Source of the DNA: Gammaproteobacteria bacterium
Lineage (GTDB): Bacteria; Pseudomonadota; Gammaproteobacteria; Xanthomonadales; SZUA-36
Direction of reading: 5' to 3'
Length of the DNA stretch: 64,000 nucleotides
NCBI GenBank assembly: GCA_030428105.1
Contig: JAUIBE010000005.1
Coordinates: 6,476 to 70,475, forward strand
Shown here: one piece after another, positions 58,771 to 64,000 of the stretch
How the letters are laid out: every line of letters starts with the position of its first letter
Numbering within the stretch: the first letter of the stretch is position 1
The notes under the pieces: model-generated
What the model was told of the DNA's origin: nothing
Database searches by the model: none
The model's input: the letters and a program-made list of their open reading frames with translations, nothing else
Position numbers and translations under genes: made by a program

Positions 58771-60222
58771 ATGAGCCAAATTGGTACCCGCGCCGCCAGG
58801 CGCCCCGACCCGGACCAGGTGCTGGTCGACATTGCCGACTACGTTTGCAACTACGAAATCGACAGCGACGAGGCATACTCCACCGCCCGTTACTGCCTGA
58901 TGGACAGCCTGGCCTGCGGCCTGATGGCGCTGAAGTTTGACGGTTGCAACCGCCTGCTTGGCCCGCTGGTGGAAGGCGCTGACATGGCCGACGGCCCGCG
59001 CGTGCCCGGTACCCCGTATGCCCTGGATCCGGTGCAAGCCGCGTTCAACCTGGGCGTAATGATTCGCTACCTCGATTTCAACGACACCTGGCTGGCAGCC
59101 GAGTGGGGCCACCCCTCGGATAACCTGGGCGCCATCCTGCCGGTGGCCGAATACGTTTCGCGCCAGCGCGTGGCCAGGGGCGAAGCGCCGCTGACCATGA
59201 AAGACGTGCTCACCGCGATGATCAAGGCGCATGAAATCCAGGGTTGCCTGGCGCTGGAGAATTCCTTCAACCGGGTGGGGCTGGACCACGTTCTGCTGGT
59301 TCGCGTGGCCTCAACCGCGGTCGTTACCCACTTGTTGGGCGGCACCCGCCAGCAGGTGATCGATGCCGTTTCCAATGCCTGGATCGATGGCGGCGCACTG
59401 CGCACCTACCGCCATGCGCCCAACACCGGTTCACGCAAGAGCTGGGCAGCGGGTGACGCCTGCCGCCGTGCCGTGACGCTGGCGCTGATGGTGCTGCGCG
59501 GTGAAATGGGCTATCCCTCGGCGCTGAGCGCGGATGTGTGGGGCTTCTACGACGTGCTGTTCAAGGGCAATGAGTTCAAATTCCAGCGCCCCTACGGCAG
59601 CTACGTGATGGAGCAGGTGCTTTTCAAGATTTCCTACCCGGCCGAGTTCCACGCCCAGACGGCTGTGGAATGCGCCCTGGCGCTGCACCCGGAGGTGAAG
59701 GACCGCCTGGATGACATCGAGAAAATCGTCATCGAAACCCAGGAAGCCGGCGCCCGCATCATCGACAAGACTGGCCCGCTGGATAACTATGCCGACCGCG
59801 ATCACTGCATCCAGTACATGGTGGCGGTGCCGATGATCTTCGGTGAGCTCACCGCGGAAAGCTACGAAGACGCCGTGGCCGCAGATCCCCGCATCGACGC
59901 CTTGCGCGACAAGATGGAAGTGCGCGAGAACGAGGAGTTCACCAGGGACTACTTCGACCCGGACAAACGCGGCATCGGCAATGCCATCCAGGTGTTCTTC
60001 AACGATGGCTCAAGCACCGAGCGCGTGCGCATCGACTACCCGGTCGGCCACCGCCGCCGCCGCGAGGAAGGCATTCCGCTGCTGGTCAACAAGTTTGACG
60101 CTGCCCTGGCCAGGCACTACGAGGCCGCGCAGGCCGAGGGTATCCAGGCGGGCGTCAGCGACCAGGCAGCGCTTGAGGCTGCCCCGGTGGAAGACTTTGT
60201 CGACCTCTGGGTTAAGTCCTAG
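58771..60222 (+). CDS. prpD: 2-methylcitrate dehydratase
   Basis: 483 aa MmgE/PrpD family. Collinear with PrpD. Confidence 0.88.
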   Translation: MSQIGTRAARRPDPDQVLVDIADYVCNYEIDSDEAYSTARYCLMDSLACGLMALKFDGCNRLLGPLVEGADMADGPRVPGTPYALDPVQAAFNLGVMIRYLDFNDTWLAAEWGHPSDNLGAILPVAEYVSRQRVARGEAPLTMKDVLTAMIKAHEIQGCLALENSFNRVGLDHVLLVRVASTAVVTHLLGGTRQQVIDAVSNAWIDGGALRTYRHAPNTGSRKSWAAGDACRRAVTLALMVLRGEMGYPSALSADVWGFYDVLFKGNEFKFQRPYGSYVMEQVLFKISYPAEFHAQTAVECALALHPEVKDRLDDIEKIVIETQEAGARIIDKTGPLDNYADRDHCIQYMVAVPMIFGELTAESYEDAVAADPRIDALRDKMEVRENEEFTRDYFDPDKRGIGNAIQVFFNDGSSTERVRIDYPVGHRRRREEGIPLLVNKFDAALARHYEAAQAEGIQAGVSDQAALEAAPVEDFVDLWVKS

Positions 60223-60225
60223 CGC

Positions 60226-61218
60226 CTATTCGTAGCTCAGCTCGCTGGCCTTGCCGCTGAACACACGGTAGATGAACACCGTGTAGGCAAGAATCATGGG
60301 CACGGCAATTGCCACGCCCACCAGCACGAACTGCAGCGATTTGGGGTGGGCGAGTGATTCCACCAGTTCCAGCTTGCCGATGATGATGTCGGGGTAGATG
60401 CTGTACGCCAGGCCCAGGGAGCACATCAGGCAGATGATGGCCATGGCCAGGAAAACGATCCAGCCGTAGCCCGCCTTCAGCGCCTGCTCGTGCCATAGCA
60501 ACCACGCAACCGTGGCAAATGCGAGCAGGGTAGTGAGTGGAATGGGCAGCAGGCCGATGCCGGCCGGCAGGGAAAACCACTTGGCGGCAATCTCGCTGCT
60601 GGCAATCGGCGTGGCGATGGACACCAGGAACAGGCCGATGCCTGCCGGCACGATCGTACGCCGCGCCCAGCGAATGGCCTTCTCGAACAAGGCGCCCTCG
60701 GCCTTGATGATCAACCAGGCGCAGCCGAGCATGACGTAGAACGCCGGCAGCGCCAGGGCGATTCCAGCGGCGAACCACACGCTGACCGCGTGGTACTCCA
60801 GGCCCATCACGAAAACGCCCAGCATCCAGCCCTGCGCCAGCGAGGCCAGCAGCGAGCCGATGAAAAACATCCGGTTCCACAGCCGGCGTCCGCGGGTTCC
60901 CGCCTTTACCCGGAAATCAAAAGCCACGCCGCGCAGGATCAGGGCAACCAGCATCAGCGTAACCGGGAGATACAGCGAGGTGAGGATGATGCCGTGGGCC
61001 ACGGGGAAGGCGATGAGCAATACGCCTACACCCAGTACGATCCAGGTCTCGTTGGCGTCCCAGAAAGGCCCAATGCTGGCGATCATCATGTCTTTTTCAT
61101 CGGCTTCCGCCAGTGGCAGCAGGATGCCGATGCCCAGGTCATAGCCATCGAGAATGATGTAAATCAGCAGCGCCAGGCCCATGACGCTCATGAAGATCAG
61201 TGCGAGTGCCTGTTCCAT
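60226..61218 (-). CDS. cioB: cytochrome bd-type (cyanide-insensitive, CioB-like) quinol oxidase subunit II
   Basis: 330 aa, 8-9 TMs with a CydB-like sequence. Overlaps the subunit I stop by 1 nt. Confidence 0.88.
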   Translation of the reverse strand: MEQALALIFMSVMGLALLIYIILDGYDLGIGILLPLAEADEKDMMIASIGPFWDANETWIVLGVGVLLIAFPVAHGIILTSLYLPVTLMLVALILRGVAFDFRVKAGTRGRRLWNRMFFIGSLLASLAQGWMLGVFVMGLEYHAVSVWFAAGIALALPAFYVMLGCAWLIIKAEGALFEKAIRWARRTIVPAGIGLFLVSIATPIASSEIAAKWFSLPAGIGLLPIPLTTLLAFATVAWLLWHEQALKAGYGWIVFLAMAIICLMCSLGLAYSIYPDIIIGKLELVESLAHPKSLQFVLVGVAIAVPMILAYTVFIYRVFSGKASELSYE

Positions 61219-62579
61219 TATTGCGTCCCTCCCTCGGGCGCCGGCGAACCAGGCACCAGCTGCTGGCCTGCCAACAGCGATTTGGCGGGTTTCGATGACA
61301 GGTAGCGCAAGGCCAGGATGTAGGAAACCAGCAGAAAGGCGTAGAGAAACAGGTAGACCAGCAGGGTGGCCAAAACCGTGCCGCCACCGTGTTCTGCCAC
61401 CACTTCCCTGGTCCTGATGACGCCGTACACGATCCAGGGCTGGCGGCCCATTTCGGTGACGTACCAGCCGGCCAGCACCGCGATCCAGCCTGAGAAAGTC
61501 ATCAGTGAAAGCGCGGTCAATACCCGTGGGCCAGCGCGCTCATTGCGCTTTAGGCTCCAGGCGGCCCACCACGAGACCAGGATCATCAACAGCCCCATGC
61601 CCACCATCACCCGGAAGCTCCAGAAAACGGGCGCCACCGGCGGATGGGCATCGGGGAACTCATTCAGCCCCCTGATTTCGCCATCAAAATCATGGGTCAG
61701 GAACCAGCTGGCCATCTTGGGAACCGTGATCGCGAAGCGGTTGCTGCGGGTTTCTTCGTCCGGCCAGGCGAACAAGGTTAGCGGCGCCCCGCGCTCGGTT
61801 TCCCACACGCCCTCGATGGCGGCAATCTTGGCCGGCTGGTGTTCAAAGGTGTTCAGTCCGTGCATGTCGCCGACGAATGCCTGGACAGGGGTAAGGACCG
61901 CAGCAGCGAAAACGCAGGTGCGAATGACCTTCCAGGTGGCTGGCCCGTCGACTTTTTTGCGCGCGCGCCATGCAGAAATGCCCGCTACGAAAAACATCGT
62001 GGTGATCAGCGAGGCCAGCAGCATGTGGGCCAGGCGATAGGGGAATGACGGGTTGAAGATCACCTCGGGCCAACTTTCCACCAGCACCACGCCATCTTCC
62101 AGGCTGAAGCCGGTGGGTGTCTGCATCCACGAATTGAGGCTCAGGATCCAGAAGGCGGAAAACGTGGTGCCAACCGCCACCAGGCTGGCTGAGATGAGGT
62201 GCAGCCGGTTGGAAACGCGCCCTTTGCCGAACAGCATGATGCCCAGGAACGAGGCTTCCAGGAAAAACGCGGTAAGCACCTCGTAACCCAGCAGCGGCCC
62301 GGCCACGTTGCCTGCGCGTTCCATGAACCCCGGCCAGTTGGTGCCAAACTGGAAGCTCATGGTGATGCCGGATACCACGCCCAGCGCGAAGGTCAGGGCG
62401 AAAACCCTCACCCAGAAGTCGTAGGCGTATTCCCAGTTGCGGTCGCCGGTAATCGTATAGCGAAAACGGAAGAACACCAGCAACCAACACAGGCCGATGG
62501 TGATGGTGGGAAACAGGATGTGGAAGCTGATATTCGCCGCAAATTGAATGCGGGCCAGTACAAACGGGTCCAGTTCCAC
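61218..62579 (-). CDS. cioA: cytochrome bd-type quinol oxidase subunit I (short Q-loop, CioA-like)
   Basis: 453 aa with a CydA-like N-terminus (...ARIQFAANISFHILFPTITIGL...). The short length implies the short Q-loop variant. Confidence 0.88.
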   Translation of the reverse strand: MELDPFVLARIQFAANISFHILFPTITIGLCWLLVFFRFRYTITGDRNWEYAYDFWVRVFALTFALGVVSGITMSFQFGTNWPGFMERAGNVAGPLLGYEVLTAFFLEASFLGIMLFGKGRVSNRLHLISASLVAVGTTFSAFWILSLNSWMQTPTGFSLEDGVVLVESWPEVIFNPSFPYRLAHMLLASLITTMFFVAGISAWRARKKVDGPATWKVIRTCVFAAAVLTPVQAFVGDMHGLNTFEHQPAKIAAIEGVWETERGAPLTLFAWPDEETRSNRFAITVPKMASWFLTHDFDGEIRGLNEFPDAHPPVAPVFWSFRVMVGMGLLMILVSWWAAWSLKRNERAGPRVLTALSLMTFSGWIAVLAGWYVTEMGRQPWIVYGVIRTREVVAEHGGGTVLATLLVYLFLYAFLLVSYILALRYLSSKPAKSLLAGQQLVPGSPAPEGGTQ

Positions 62580-62726
62580 AATCGCTCCTGCGGCGGGTCT
62601 TGGGTGCCCGCCGGGTGATGTCTATTTTACTATTTTGGGGCGATTCATTCGACCCAAAAGGGGGCGCTTCAGGGGGGATTCGGGCAGGTCAACCAGGCCG
62701 TGAAAGGCTTTAGCACCGGGTGGCCG

Positions 62727-63011
62727 CTAGGGGCACAAGTCGGCAAGTTTTCGATGCAGTTTTTCTTCGCTGAGGCCGGCAATTTCCACCACCTTGCGCG
62801 GTGAAGTGGGGCCGGAAACGATGGTCACGTTTTTGGCTGGAACACCAAGCGCCTCACTCAACAGCGCCTGCACTGCCGCGTTGGCTTTTCCGCGTTCGGG
62901 CGCCGCGGCGACCTTCACCTTCAGGGCATCCCCAAGCCAGCCCGCGATGACGCTGCGTGAGGAGCCGGGGATGACCTTCAGGGAAAGCCTTGCAACGGGG
63001 TTGTTTGTCAT
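62727..63011 (-). CDS. DUF167 (YggU-like) family protein
   Basis: 94 aa, ...LKVKVAAAPERGKANAAVQALLSEALGVPAKNVTIVSG..., the DUF167 signature. Confidence 0.7.
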   Translation of the reverse strand: MTNNPVARLSLKVIPGSSRSVIAGWLGDALKVKVAAAPERGKANAAVQALLSEALGVPAKNVTIVSGPTSPRKVVEIAGLSEEKLHRKLADLCP

Positions 63012-63064
63012 GGATGAGGATTGCTCCGCGGAGTCAGTTTCCCGACGTTTCCGCGGAAACGCGC

Positions 63065-63445
63065 TTAGATTTCCGCCTTGTTTTCGGTGCCTTCTTCGGG
63101 GGTTATGAATAGCATGCGGGCGCGTTCGGCGACCCTGGCGGTATGCCAGGTGTTGCGCGGTACAACCAGGTATTCGCCCGGTTGGGAAAGCGACACGAGT
63201 CGGTCGACTTCGTCCTCGCGAAGAATCATCGTGGCGCGACCGGACAGCAGGACCACGGTTTCATCCCCGGCAGGGTGGCGCTCCCAGGTGGGCCAGTCCT
63301 CCGAGAACTCGTACTCGGAGACCAGCAGGTGGCCTTTGAACCCTGCGTAGTTGGTATCCAGGTCTGGGTAGAGCGATGGCGTTACTGGCACGGTGTCTAC
63401 CGAAAGATCGGGTTTGATCACCGAAAATGTGTCTGAAAGCTTCAT
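63065..63445 (-). CDS. cupin domain protein
   Basis: 126 aa. ...HPAGDETVVLLSGRATMIL...GEYLVVPRNTWHTAR... are the two cupin motifs. Confidence 0.65.
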   Translation of the reverse strand: MKLSDTFSVIKPDLSVDTVPVTPSLYPDLDTNYAGFKGHLLVSEYEFSEDWPTWERHPAGDETVVLLSGRATMILREDEVDRLVSLSQPGEYLVVPRNTWHTARVAERARMLFITPEEGTENKAEI

Positions 63446-63458
63446 CTGCGAGAATTCC

Positions 63459-64000
63459 TTAAAAACTGGAGCCGGGTTGTTTCAGAAACTCGATTTCCTC
63501 CGCCGTGGACTCGCGTCCCAGGATTGCATTGCGGTGCGGATAACGCCCAAAGCGGTCGATGATGGCCTTGTGCTTGGCCTCGTACTCGGCGTTGTTTTCG
63601 GGCGTGTACTGGTTGAACAGCGCCAGGGCGCGTTCATGGATAACCCTGGATTCCGAGTGCATCAAGGGCATCAGCAGGAAGGCGCGCTCGGTTTTATCCA
63701 GCGCCTCCAGGGCGCCGTTGCTGATGGCTTCCTGGGTGAGGGCAACCGCCATCGGGTCTTGCGCGAAGGCACGCGGCGTATCGCGGAAGGCATTGCGCGA
63801 GAACTGGTCCAGCACGATGATTTCGGCCAGGCGGCCCTTGGCAGTGCTGCGCCATCCGTCCAGTTCACCCAGGGCGGCGCTTTCCAGCAGGGCCAGGAAA
63901 CGATCGTGGATCAGTGCGTCAAACGCCAGGTCTTTCTTGAACCATTGAGCGGGTTCAATCTCTTCAAACCAAAACGCCAGGACTTGCCTGGCGTTTGGGG
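63459..64000 (-). CDS. DUF924 family protein (partial, N-terminus beyond window end)
   Basis: The reading frame stays open to the window edge (...VLAFWFEEIEPAQWFKKDLAFDALIHDRFLALLESAALGELDGWRS...IIVLDQFSRNAFRDTPRAF...). The track ORF at 63815 is an internal GTG. Confidence 0.7.
   Translation of the reverse strand, partial: PNARQVLAFWFEEIEPAQWFKKDLAFDALIHDRFLALLESAALGELDGWRSTAKGRLAEIIVLDQFSRNAFRDTPRAFAQDPMAVALTQEAISNGALEALDKTERAFLLMPLMHSESRVIHERALALFNQYTPENNAEYEAKHKAIIDRFGRYPHRNAILGRESTAEEIEFLKQPGSSF

Noticed and set aside
58753-59289. 178-aa minus-strand ORF opposite prpD and similar long antisense ORFs opposite hutU, ggt, typA and the SSS transporter (e.g. 36778..37644, 45654..47030, 53884..55230)
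   Set aside because: Each overlaps a confidently assigned gene on the other strand and lacks recognisable motifs. They are expected from the high GC and low stop-codon density of this genome.

Overview
High-GC gammaproteobacterial chromosome segment, about 65% GC with no transposases, integrases or CRISPR. The first 7.4 kb is the conserved ribosomal spc/alpha operon tail (rplE end, rpsN, rpsH, rplF, rplR, rpsE, rpmD, rplO, secY, rpmJ, rpsM, rpsK, rpsD, rpoA, rplQ), ending in a clean intrinsic terminator. Convergent on that terminator is a 1.9k-aa secreted RHS/YD-repeat protein with a 140-aa C-terminal domain and no room for an immunity gene. The next ~20 kb (13.3-32.6 kb) looks accessory. It holds an ECF sigma factor translationally coupled to a membrane TPR Ser/Thr kinase, followed by a Tat-exported Ntn asparaginase. 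Next come a CSLREA/beta-helix adhesin-like protein and a ToxR/CadC-like membrane regulator coupled to a secreted HExxH metalloprotease. DUF547, an ELWxxDGT-repeat protein, a secreted S9 peptidase and an M48 (HtpX-like) protease fused to a type-IV-pilin-like C-terminal domain follow, then an SPFH/band-7 protein. Downstream of rtcB lie two tRNA-like modules with atypical features. Upstream of rtcB is a promoter/small-ORF/intrinsic-terminator leader ending only ~30 nt before the rtcB start. The remainder is housekeeping metabolism: argE, an SSS symporter with a DUF3311 partner, a beta-lactamase-fold hydrolase, a VWA repeat protein, trpF appended to hutUHI, dsbB overlapping class II DAHP synthase, an M61 peptidase, typA, pdxB, ggt, mdh, prpBCD, cioAB, DUF167, a cupin and DUF924. 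Most unusual are the M48-pilin fusion within the SPFH/S9 cluster, the tRNA-like elements and terminator-leader flanking rtcB, a ~100-aa 'WFTYD' module shared by two unlinked secreted proteins, and the ECF-sigma/kinase pair. Coordinates derived by hand-counting may be off by 1-3 nt; ORF-track boundaries were trusted where available.
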